Assembly (NCBI GenBank): GCA_020697715.1
Contig: JAEHCO010000002.1
Span: forward strand, 224,001-288,000
Direction of reading: 5' to 3'
Source of the DNA: Methanobacteriota archaeon
Lineage (GTDB): Archaea; Thermoplasmatota; Thermoplasmata; SG8-5; JAGLSY01
Length of the DNA stretch: 64,000 nucleotides
Program-made: the position numbers and the translations under genes
The notes under the pieces: model-generated
Told to the model about the DNA's origin: nothing
The model's database searches: none
Seen by the model: only the letters and a program-made list of their open reading frames with translations
Shown here: positions 28,969 through 38,700 of the stretch, in pieces
Position numbering within the stretch: the stretch's first letter is position 1
Layout of the letters: the number at the start of each line of letters is the position of its first letter

Positions 28969-30309
28969 TCACTCTCCTCCTGCTATTGCATTACCGCATA
29001 CTGGACATTCTTTTGCACCATGATCTATAATTGAAGCACATTCTGGGCATTCGAATCCACTGTCTAAGTTGAGTTCATCTTCATCTTCCAATTCAAGTTC
29101 GGATTCCATTGCCTCGAGGACCTCAAGACTTTTTCCATTGAGCGGAGCTTCCATCTCCGCCTCTGGCTCGACATCTTTGAGCTCCAAACTATCAATGATA
29201 ATTTGATCTTCACTGAGTTCCTCTATCTCTATGACCTCTTCTTCTATTATTTCAGAGGTTTCCTCTCCTATGAACTCATCATCGATGATCTCCTCTTCGA
29301 ACTCTTCCGTGTCAAACAATGCTCCACAGTCACTGCATTCGATATCAAATATGGTAGTTGGAGATCCGCATTCTGGGCATTCGGCAACATCCTCTATCTC
29401 GCCCATCACATCAGACAATCTTATCTCTTCTTCAGGCTCGAACTCATCTTCGTCTGGCACAGGAAGAAGATCGCTCTCATTTATGTGAACACCACAGCTT
29501 GGGCAATCGACCTCTCTGTCTCTCTTGAAGGACCAGCCAAATAATACAAGTCCAACTATGAATATGACGACACCAACTCCTCCGAGCATGGAATCCATCC
29601 ATCCATATCCCAGATACATTTCGCCCAATGGCGACCACTGAACGACATTATGTAAATATGATGCTAAAGCAAATCCAAAGTCTCCCACAAGGATGAACAC
29701 AAGTCCAAGCCAGAACTTCCATTTCCAACTTGTATCTGGCCCATCTATTTTGATCTCATGGACATAAACATTACCGCAATTATCACATGATACTAGATCT
29801 CCTTGCTGGGATGTATGATCCATGCTACCACAGCTTGGACATCCCTCTGAAGATTCGTCAATACCTTCTCCACATTTCTCACAGGCTTTGTCATCTGGCC
29901 CCATTGATGCGCCACAGCCATTGCAGACCTGTTCATCGATATAATCGACAGGTAGTTCACCCAGATCATCTTCTGAGAACTCTGTGTCGTCTTCTGATAA
30001 TTCTGTGTCGTCTTCTGGTAATTGATCATCATCTTCTGGTATCTCGAGACTATCATCCATATCATCAACAGGGAGCTGTTCAATTTCGGATGTTTCCTCT
30101 ACAATAATCTCTTCTGATAATTCAGAGTCATCTTCAAGGTCGGCCAACTCATCATCTATTGCAGAAGCGTCTGCCTCAAAGTCATCCTCGCTTGATCCCT
30201 CAATGCTATCTCCTGTGTTACCATTTGTAGCGAAGCTCTCACCACAGCTGGCGCATTCTGTAGCGTCTCCACTGACACCTGCACCGCACACTGGACATGC
30301 ATATTCCAT
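28969..30309 (-). CDS. Acidic membrane protein with 5 zinc ribbons and a 2-TM hairpin
   Basis: Five CxxC...CxxC pairs plus one lone CPSCG; TM hairpin 'FWLGLVFILVG...GWMDSMLGGVGVVIFIVGLVLFGW'. Confidence 0.8.
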   Translation of the reverse strand: MEYACPVCGAGVSGDATECASCGESFATNGNTGDSIEGSSEDDFEADASAIDDELADLEDDSELSEEIIVEETSEIEQLPVDDMDDSLEIPEDDDQLPEDDTELSEDDTEFSEDDLGELPVDYIDEQVCNGCGASMGPDDKACEKCGEGIDESSEGCPSCGSMDHTSQQGDLVSCDNCGNVYVHEIKIDGPDTSWKWKFWLGLVFILVGDFGFALASYLHNVVQWSPLGEMYLGYGWMDSMLGGVGVVIFIVGLVLFGWSFKRDREVDCPSCGVHINESDLLPVPDEDEFEPEEEIRLSDVMGEIEDVAECPECGSPTTIFDIECSDCGALFDTEEFEEEIIDDEFIGEETSEIIEEEVIEIEELSEDQIIIDSLELKDVEPEAEMEAPLNGKSLEVLEAMESELELEDEDELNLDSGFECPECASIIDHGAKECPVCGNAIAGGE

Positions 30310-30345
30310 TTCACTCGTCTCGTCTTCTGGAATAATAACCTCTCC

Positions 30346-30804
30346 CTAGTTTCCTCCGTAGAGCTCTTGATCCTCTACGAAATCCTCAGGCCTCTCCCTG
30401 GATATAGATAATATCAGTAGTATAATACCAATCACTAATATAACTATTCCGACAGTGGCAACTGTTTTATTGACCCATCCAAAGGTTTCCCAGGCATCAT
30501 ACCCGGAAGGGAATGGGATCTTCAGAAGATCATGCAACCATGACCCGAATGATACTCCAGGGCCGCCTATTAGAACAAGTATCACGCCTAATAGGAATAA
30601 TTTCTTATTGCCTTTCTTCTTCTTTTCTGCATCAGGGTCTATTTGGAAGGCATCTGGAGAAAAAGGCTCTCCACATTCCGGGCATTCTATCGCATCTATA
30701 GATAGATCAGCTCCACACATGGGGCATAATGACTGATCGTCATCTGTTTCTATCTTCTCCGATAAAATTGCATTCTCTTCCTCTGATGAGATACTTACCA
30801 CCAA
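30346..30804 (-). CDS. Small zinc-ribbon membrane protein with a 2-TM hairpin
   Basis: CPMCG...CPECG; TM hairpin 'LFLLGVILVLIG...SWLH...GWVNKTVATVGIVILVIG' similar to the next gene. Confidence 0.75.
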   Translation of the reverse strand: MVVSISSEEENAILSEKIETDDDQSLCPMCGADLSIDAIECPECGEPFSPDAFQIDPDAEKKKKGNKKLFLLGVILVLIGGPGVSFGSWLHDLLKIPFPSGYDAWETFGWVNKTVATVGIVILVIGIILLILSISRERPEDFVEDQELYGGN

Positions 30805-30956
30805 TACTCAGTAATATACTACTCTATTATATTCTTTTCTAATGCGCGAGCAATGTTCCACACACCTTGCAGAAAGGTTTAAACATGGTATGACATTACG
30901 CACCCGTTCAGTAAGGTCCCCATAGGGGACAATCAATAAACCTGAAGGTATGTAAT

Positions 30957-32798
30957 ATGGTACAACTACACGATCAGACACTGAGGGATGCGCACCAATC
31001 TATTTTGGCAACGAGAATGAGAACAGAAGACATGCTTCCAATAGCACAGAAAATGGATGAGATAGGATTCTGGTCCATGGAAGTATGGGGCGGAGCAACA
31101 TATGATGTTCCGATAAGGTTCCTTAATGAGGATCCCTGGGAGCGCCTGAGAGCTCTCAGAGAAGCCATGCCAAATACAAAACTGCAGATGCTTGAAAGAG
31201 CCATGAACATCGTGGCATATTGGAATTTCCCTGATGAAGTTGTTCATAAATTCATAGGACTGGCCAAGAAGAACGGTTGTGATTATTTCCGTATCTTCGA
31301 CGCTCTTAATGATCTTAGGAACATGAAGACACCGATAGAGGCCACATTGGAGGCTGGAGGTCATGCACAGGGTTGTGTCAGTTACACTATCTCCCCGGTT
31401 CATACTGTGGAGAGATATGTTTCAGATCTTATTCAATTGGAAAAATGGGGTTGCCAGAGTGTTTGTATAAAGGACATGGCTGGAATGATCGCTCCACAGG
31501 TTGCATATGATATTATCAAGGGTTACAAGGACTCTGGAGCAAAGGCACCTATCGATCTGCACAGCCACTATACCAGTGGAATGACTGGCATGGCATACTG
31601 GGCAGCTTGTGAGGCTGGCGTTGATGTGCTCGACACGTCCATGTCACCTATATCTGGCGGTACTGGCGGAGTTCCAACAGAAAGTGTTGTGGCCGCATTA
31701 AAAGGCACAAAATACGATACTGGGTACGACATGCACCAGCTTATCGAGATCAGAAAATACTTCATGGAAGTATGGCACAAATACAGACATCTGATTCGTC
31801 AGGAAGCTATGAAGGTCGATCCATCTGTCATGGTTCATCAGATACCTGGTGGAATGCTTTCCAATCTGGTCAGCCAGCTGGAAATGCAGGGAGCTACTGA
31901 CAAATATTATGATGTTCTTGATGAGACAGCCCGCGTTCGTGAAGAAATGGGATACCCACCACTTGTTACTCCAACGAGTCAGGTTGTTGGAGTCCAGTCT
32001 GTTATGAATGTTCTTTTCGGCAGATATAAGAAAATACCCAAGGAGACAGTCGATTATTGTAAGGGTATGTATGGTAAATCACCAGCACCAATTAAGCCAG
32101 AGATCATGGAATTGGTTCTTGGACCTAACTGGAAGGATGAGGTCATCGACTGCAGGCCAGCAGACCTTGTGGAAAAGGATATGTGGGATGTCAGAAAGAA
32201 AGAACTGGCAGAGCTTGCTCCAAGTATCGATATGACCGATGAGAACATTATGACATACACTTTGTTCCCAGAGGTTGGACTCAAGTTCTTGAAGGGTGAG
32301 GCCATACCAGAATTCACATCCGATCAATTACCATTGAACAAGGACCATGACATGACAAGAGCCATGGTGAAGTCCTTCTTCCCCGAGCTGCCAGCTGTTT
32401 ATATCGAATCAGAGCCACCAGAGGCAAGGACAGTAGGCGGACCAGCACCAATACCAACTGAGTTCAATGTCGAGGTTGACGGAGACTTCTTTGAGGTGAA
32501 GGTGGAACCAACAGGTGGCTATGTTACATCTGCTGGTGGACCCGCTGGAGCACCATGTTCAACAGGCGGACCTGATCCAAGTGCACCCGGAATGCAGAAG
32601 ACTGGATGCCAGGGAAATCTTTGGAAGCTCACGGTCAAGGTCGGCGACAAGGTCAGCAAGGGCGATGTCGTCGCTATTCTCGAGGTCATGAAGATGGAAT
32701 CCAATATCGAATCAGACTTCGATGGCGAGGTCAAAGAGATCTACGCCAATGAGGGAGACATGGTCAAGACTGGCGATGTCATGATGAGGATCGAGTGA
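30957..32798 (+). CDS. pycB: Pyruvate carboxylase subunit B (carboxyltransferase plus biotin carrier; oxaloacetate decarboxylase alpha family)
   Basis: TLRDAHQS, IKDMAG, HSH, HQIPGGMLSN, PLVTPTSQ motifs; C-terminal biotinyl domain EVMKM. Confidence 0.88.
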   Translation: MVQLHDQTLRDAHQSILATRMRTEDMLPIAQKMDEIGFWSMEVWGGATYDVPIRFLNEDPWERLRALREAMPNTKLQMLERAMNIVAYWNFPDEVVHKFIGLAKKNGCDYFRIFDALNDLRNMKTPIEATLEAGGHAQGCVSYTISPVHTVERYVSDLIQLEKWGCQSVCIKDMAGMIAPQVAYDIIKGYKDSGAKAPIDLHSHYTSGMTGMAYWAACEAGVDVLDTSMSPISGGTGGVPTESVVAALKGTKYDTGYDMHQLIEIRKYFMEVWHKYRHLIRQEAMKVDPSVMVHQIPGGMLSNLVSQLEMQGATDKYYDVLDETARVREEMGYPPLVTPTSQVVGVQSVMNVLFGRYKKIPKETVDYCKGMYGKSPAPIKPEIMELVLGPNWKDEVIDCRPADLVEKDMWDVRKKELAELAPSIDMTDENIMTYTLFPEVGLKFLKGEAIPEFTSDQLPLNKDHDMTRAMVKSFFPELPAVYIESEPPEARTVGGPAPIPTEFNVEVDGDFFEVKVEPTGGYVTSAGGPAGAPCSTGGPDPSAPGMQKTGCQGNLWKLTVKVGDKVSKGDVVAILEVMKMESNIESDFDGEVKEIYANEGDMVKTGDVMMRIE

Positions 32799-32807
32799 GG
32801 GAGCCAC

Positions 32808-34253
32808 ATGCTCAGCAAAGTATTGATCGCGAACCGAGGAGAGATCGCGATAAGGATAATGAGGGCCTGCAAGGAATTGGGAATACCAACAGTTGCAGTT
32901 TACTCCGATGCGGACAAATCAGCGCTCTTCACAAGATACGCTGATGAGAAGGTTCACATAGGGCCTGCACCAGCAGCTCAGAGCTACCTTGTCAAGGATA
33001 AGATAATCCAGGCCGCACTCGACACAGGGGCGGATGGTATCCATCCAGGCTATGGTTTCATGGCCGAGGATTTTGAATTCGCCACCATGTGTGCGAAGAA
33101 CAATATCGAATTCATTGGACCACCAGTTCCATCCATGGAATTGATGTGCTCGAAGATAGATTCCAAAAAGAGCATGATCAAGGCTGGTGTCAGTGTGGTG
33201 GCAGGTGTCACCGAGGCCATATCCGATCATGAGAAGGCATTGAATATCGCTCATGAGATCGGATTCCCATTGATGCTCAAGGCAAGTGCTGGCGGCGGTG
33301 GGATAGGTATCGTAAGAGTTGATCGAGCAGAGGACATTGAAGAGGAATTGGCAAAGGTCAGAAGACTGGCAAAGAGCTCTTTCGGGGATGATTCCGTATT
33401 TATCGAGAAATATATTCACGAGCCTCATCATGTTGAATTCCAGGTCATTGGAGATAAACATGGCAATCTCATCCATGTCCTTGACAGGGAATGCAGTGTT
33501 CAGAGAAGGAACCAGAAGCTCATTGAGGAAACACCCAGCCAGGCGATCTCTGAGGAAATTCGTGAGGAAATGGGAAAGCAGGCGGTTCTGGCTGCCAAGA
33601 CCGCCGGATACTGGAATGCTGGAACTTGCGAGTTCATGTACAAGGATGGACAATTCTACTTCCTGGAAATGAACACAAGGCTTCAGGTCGAGCACCCAAT
33701 TACCGAAATGATAACAGGCGTGGACCTGGCCAGGGAACAGTTGCGAGTTGCATCTGGTCTGGAACTGGAATACGAGCAATCAGATATCGTATGCAAGGGT
33801 CATGCTATTGAATGCCGAATCAATGCTGAGGATCCGGCGAACGGATTCATGCCATCACCTGGCAAGATCGTCAGGTACGCAGAGCCATCTGGTCCAGGTG
33901 TAAGAGTGGACTCCGGTGTGTATCAGGGATTGGATTTCCCACCATACTACGATTCAATGGCAGCCAAGCTAATTGTTTGGGCAGAAGATCGCCCACGTGC
34001 TATCGAGAGGATGAAGCGCGCACTTTGGGAATACCAGATCGGTGGAATGAAGACCAATATACCATTCCACGAGGTCGTCATGAATGATCCTGTTTTCAAA
34101 GCCGGTATCTATAATACCAGCTATATCGAGAACAATGACATCATGGCCAAAGTGACCAAGTACATGGAAGAAAAGCGGGCACAAGGTGGCAATAAGAAAA
34201 CTGCCGCCGCAATGGCCGCTGTTCAGACTGTGATAGCTGCAAGCCAGGGATGA
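32808..34253 (+). CDS. pycA: Biotin carboxylase (pyruvate carboxylase subunit A)
   Basis: KVLIANRGEIA, IHPGYGF, KASAGGGGIG, RECSVQRRNQK, EMNTRLQVEH, RINAEDP, YYDSM motifs. Confidence 0.9.
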   Translation: MLSKVLIANRGEIAIRIMRACKELGIPTVAVYSDADKSALFTRYADEKVHIGPAPAAQSYLVKDKIIQAALDTGADGIHPGYGFMAEDFEFATMCAKNNIEFIGPPVPSMELMCSKIDSKKSMIKAGVSVVAGVTEAISDHEKALNIAHEIGFPLMLKASAGGGGIGIVRVDRAEDIEEELAKVRRLAKSSFGDDSVFIEKYIHEPHHVEFQVIGDKHGNLIHVLDRECSVQRRNQKLIEETPSQAISEEIREEMGKQAVLAAKTAGYWNAGTCEFMYKDGQFYFLEMNTRLQVEHPITEMITGVDLAREQLRVASGLELEYEQSDIVCKGHAIECRINAEDPANGFMPSPGKIVRYAEPSGPGVRVDSGVYQGLDFPPYYDSMAAKLIVWAEDRPRAIERMKRALWEYQIGGMKTNIPFHEVVMNDPVFKAGIYNTSYIENNDIMAKVTKYMEEKRAQGGNKKTAAAMAAVQTVIAASQG

Positions 34254-34287
34254 TCACCCTAAAAGAATATGGTATCCTAAAATAATG

Positions 34288-34314
34288 AAGGCCGAGTAAA
34301 TACCGCTCGGCCTT
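34288..34314 (+). terminator. Stem-loop with T-rich tail after pycA
   Basis: AAGGCCGAG-9 nt-CTCGGCCTT followed by taccatttactttttg. Confidence 0.55.
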
Positions 34315-34349
34315 TACCATTTACTTTTTGATCTTTGAAGGATGATAAA

Positions 34350-34460
34350 ATGAAATGTCTGAAATGTGGCCACACCTGGAAACGAAACAACTGGAAAGAG
34401 TTTGTATCTGGTATGGCTAAATGTCCCGAGTGCGGTTCCCGGGCACTGGCCAGGTATTAA
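34350..34460 (+). CDS. 36-aa CPxCG-type zinc-finger microprotein (below the ORF-track cutoff)
   Basis: Translates to MKCLKCGHTWKRNNWKEFVSGMAKCPECGSRALARY*; purine-rich GAAGGATGA upstream; fills an otherwise empty intergenic gap. Confidence 0.7.
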   Translation: MKCLKCGHTWKRNNWKEFVSGMAKCPECGSRALARY

Positions 34461-34579
34461 TTATATTTTTCTTAATAAATATTAGTAATTGTATATTATA
34501 AATTATATATTTATTTGCACATATCACATCTCAACATTTATATAATTCGGTATCCATATACATACAAGGTGAAGATTTT

Positions 34580-34942
34580 ATGGCAAAGACAGTACTTATG
34601 AAGAAAGGGGAATCATTGAAGGACGAGAAGAGAACAGGTGTGCTTTACAGGAATATCGTGATGCAGGAAAAGATGGAAGCCACTGTCACCCATATCCTTC
34701 CTCAATGTAAGACCCAGGGTTTTTCCCACAAAGGTAAAGAGATAAAGTTCATGGTAAAAGGGGAACTGGAATACCATGTTGGAGATGATATGTTCATCTT
34801 CCAGGAAGGGGACACGCTCTTCCATCATTCGGATGACACACATTGGGCTAGGAACAAAGGAACTGGAGAGGCGATCTTTATAACGGTCTCCACGCCCGGG
34901 ACATTCAATATCTTCAATAAAGAAGAGAAGAAAAAGAAGTAG
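34580..34942 (+). CDS. Cupin domain protein
   Basis: FSHKGKEIKFMVKGELEY...EGDTLFHHSDDTHWARN cupin motifs; AAGGTGA RBS. Confidence 0.8.
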   Translation: MAKTVLMKKGESLKDEKRTGVLYRNIVMQEKMEATVTHILPQCKTQGFSHKGKEIKFMVKGELEYHVGDDMFIFQEGDTLFHHSDDTHWARNKGTGEAIFITVSTPGTFNIFNKEEKKKK

Positions 34943-34967
34943 ACCCCATAATCAAAGGTGTTTATCC

Positions 34968-35717
34968 ATGACTGAGATCGGCAAGATAGTTGTGCGCCTG
35001 GAGGAGGTCGATTCGACAAATGAATATGCCAAGGAGCTGATAGGCCAGGGTGCGAAGGAAGGCACCCTGGTGATATCCGGCATCCAGACAGGTGGAAAAG
35101 GACGTCTGGATCGCATCTGGGAATCTCCCAAGGGCGGTCTGTGGATATCTGTTGCTCTGAAGCCAAAAGGCGGTCTTGTAGGCGATAAGCTGGGCATTCT
35201 TCCATTGATGGCCGGATGTGCGGTTGCCAAGGCCGTGAATGCGGTATCCGGCCTTGATACTCGACTAAAATGGCCCAATGATGTCATGATAAATGGCAAG
35301 AAGATGTCCGGAATACTGGCAGAGTCCATCATCCACGATGACGACCGCTGGGTGATCATCGGCATGGGTATCAATGTCAATAATAATGTCCAAGAAGGTT
35401 ATGATTTTAGTTCTGTATCCACATCCATCATAGAGGAAAAAGGAAGCCCGACGGAGATCGAGCAATTGGAGATCCAGCTCATCTGCGAGCTGGAGCGCTT
35501 ATACAATATGGCTGTCGAAGGCCAGGATAAAGAGATCCTGAATGAATGGAGAAGTACGGCCGACACCCTGGGCAGAAAGGTCCTCATCCTGAGACAGAAG
35601 GATGAGTTGGCTGGCATTGCGAAGGACATTGATGATAAAGGCGCGCTTATTCTGGAACTTGAAGATGGTTCTACTGAGATCGTTCTTGCTGGGGACTGCC
35701 AGCATATTGATGTTTGA
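34968..35717 (+). CDS. birA: Biotin--protein ligase (monofunctional, no HTH)
   Basis: DSTNEYA, QTGGKGRLDRIWESPKGGLWIS, LKWPNDV, KKMSGILAE, GINVN motifs. Confidence 0.92.
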   Translation: MTEIGKIVVRLEEVDSTNEYAKELIGQGAKEGTLVISGIQTGGKGRLDRIWESPKGGLWISVALKPKGGLVGDKLGILPLMAGCAVAKAVNAVSGLDTRLKWPNDVMINGKKMSGILAESIIHDDDRWVIIGMGINVNNNVQEGYDFSSVSTSIIEEKGSPTEIEQLEIQLICELERLYNMAVEGQDKEILNEWRSTADTLGRKVLILRQKDELAGIAKDIDDKGALILELEDGSTEIVLAGDCQHIDV

Positions 35718-35738
35718 GCTATATCTTCATCGCTAGCA

Positions 35739-38700
35739 TTACCAGTCCACGTCCCACTGCACCATCACTGTCGAATACACCCAGTACGCGTTCCCACTTG
35801 ACATTGTGACAGATGATAAGGGTAATTCTTGGATAGAATATGCCTGTGCATCATTGTAGAAAGCGATCTTCGTGACCTCGCCAGGCAGTGTTAGATCTGC
35901 CTGTCTTGTGGTGGCGGATGGATATCCAATGAGGTTCCATCCAGCTTCCAGAATTATGCTGGATGTTGCTGGTTGGCTGCCCGTTCCGATGGATAATAGC
36001 TCATCTCCTGAATTGGAAGCTATGTGTATCCAGAATCCATTATCATTGTCTACCGAGAGTAGATCTTGCGGAATTCCAGCAGCTGCCTGTGCTTTGTCAT
36101 AGGATTTCCAGTGATCGACATCATTCGTATCATACCACATGATAGAGTCCCATGTGGTTCCGCCATCTCCGTGAAGTGCATCGTCGATTATCGTGACCGG
36201 GTTTCCAGTAGCGAATATTGGGAAGGATGCCATCACCCAGGTTCCATCGACCACTCCAGTCAGGTCGATGTCATATGTCATGCCGCCGCCTATGGGAGTG
36301 AGCGCGGCCTCTATGCCAGTCGGAGTTGTTTGATGGTCATAAGCGAATGTGAAGACAGGGACTGATTGGCCATAAGTGACCTTCACATTGTCAAACCCAA
36401 CTTCACGTTGTCCTTCACTCTTGGCAAGATTGGTATCTCTTAGACCAACTTTGAGATAATAAGTGGTGTCAGCATCAACTATTCCTGTAAGATCTATCTG
36501 GCCAGTCGAGACCCATGAGGTCACACTGGTTATCTGGCCACTGCTCCAGACCTGATTTCCTACAGTTGGTGCACCAGATATGGTATCGACAAAGGCATAG
36601 GCAATAAGATTGGCACTGCCACCATCGAACTCCGTGCAACTCCAATCAAGCTCAAGGTATGCGGAATCCGGGACCATGCCAGTGCTGAAAGTTTGTTCCC
36701 AGTATCCTGAATAGGTCTGCTCGGATGAACCGCCAGTATTTGCATCATCCAGCCTCACATTCACATATGATCCAGCCCAGGCTCCTGTGGAATCTCCGCC
36801 GCCAGTGTCCTCCCAATCATAATATGTCCAGCTATTGGCATTAGTGTCAAAGTCGGGGTTCAATGTCTCCCCTGTCTGTCCTGTGGCCCCTGTCGTGGCA
36901 TCCAGCCACAATTCTACATAGAACCTGTCGCCAGCTGGCAATGTGACACCGGATACCAAGTACTGCCACGTGAACTCATGATAGGCGCCTACAAAGCCAC
37001 TGACATCCTCATTGTCCAGCCCAGTCTCGAAAAGCATGGCATCATCACTGTATCTGAAGACCCTTGCGAAAAGATTGGCATTGGCCTTGTCATTGTTCAT
37101 CTGGCCCCATACATTGAAGTTCCAAGTGCCGTCCATGCTCTGGGCCTCGGTATAAACCTCAGATAGCCAGTGGTCATCAATTCCTCCGATCATATACTGG
37201 CCTGCCCCGGTGATATCCGGGCCAGTGATCGTCTGGATCGAAGTCTCAAAGGCATCATTGTTGAGATCGCGGAAGCCGGCCATCGGAGACTGGACCTGGA
37301 ACAATAATTGAATGGATGGAGTACCATCTATTGCCAGCATGTTCCAATCCTCCTGGCCGAGGGCGTCGCTCGCTCTCACGATGTAGAAATAGGTCTCCCC
37401 AACGATCACACTATTATCGCTATAGGAAAGAGCTGTGCCAGTCCATATGGGAGACGAAGCATTGACCTCCGCCTCGTTCGGTAAATTGTCAAATCTGTAT
37501 AGACTATAGATTATCGGCAAATTCGGATCATTTGCCGCATTCCAGTAAATGTCAAGTTGATCTCCAGTGCCGATATTGATGACATCATCCACACCTGTGA
37601 AATCTGGCAGGTGTGTGCTGCCGATATCGAATATCACATCCAACAGGTCATTTGGTGTATTGCCATCTGCACCATACTGGGTCTCTATGGAAACTCTGTA
37701 TGTGCCGCTCTGATCAAAATCATATTGCCAGCCCAATGTCTCTGTGAGCTGGGTGTCCAGTGGTGCGCTGGTGGTCTGGATGGTGGGGCCGAATACCACG
37801 GTCTCGCCAGGTATGAATGCGTCTATACTAATGTCATCGAAATAGAAACCCGCATCCCCATAATCCATATTGTCTGATGTGAATCTGTATCGAAGCAGGA
37901 ATTCTGAATAGCCAGTGAAATTGGTGAGATCATTCGTTCGCTCCCTCCATGTCATATCATCGCCTGTGTAGCGGTCGATAAAGCTCCATATATGGCCGCC
38001 ATCCACAGAGCCTTCTACCACACAGAAGTCCGCATCGTAACCATCGTTCACAAGCTCATGCCATGTCCAGTAGGTGAGGGTCGCGGTCTCCGCCTCCCTC
38101 AGATCTATAGGTTCTGCAATGGTGAGGAATTGATTTGAATATATCGTGTAATCGCTGGTACCAGGACCGCAGTGCATGCTGTTGGATGGAGAATTGCTAC
38201 GGGATGATACAGTATGCCAATAGTCGTTGGTAAGAGTCCCGTCCCAGTCCTCTGTCACCCACTGGGTCATACCACTTTCCATGTCATCCGAGAATAAGTT
38301 GTAATTTGTTCCACCGCCGAATCTGGATATCGTGCATGTGGTGTCAAAGGTCGGCACCTGGAACTCGCCATAATTCTTGACCGTGCCGTCTATTTGATAC
38401 TCGCCTCTCGGGTATGTTCCCATCTCCTCGAAAGGATATATCGAATCCACGCCAACATCATCGGAATAAGGTACGATGACGATTATCTGGCATGAGTCCG
38501 TGCAGGTTGAATTGGTATCCATGGACACATTGACCCAGATGGTGTATTCACCAGGTGCGGCTGCTCCGGGAACCGTTATGTCAAGACTTGATTGAACCGT
38601 CTGGTCCTTCAAGATATTGAGACTTGAAGGAGCCGCTATTATCGACCAGCCAGCTATCGAGCTGGTCGTTATTGTGTAGTCTCCATCTCCCTGGCCATTG

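Noticed and set aside
29966-30039. 21-bp tandem repeat
   Set aside because: An in-frame low-complexity EDDTELS-type linker expansion within a CDS; ordinary.
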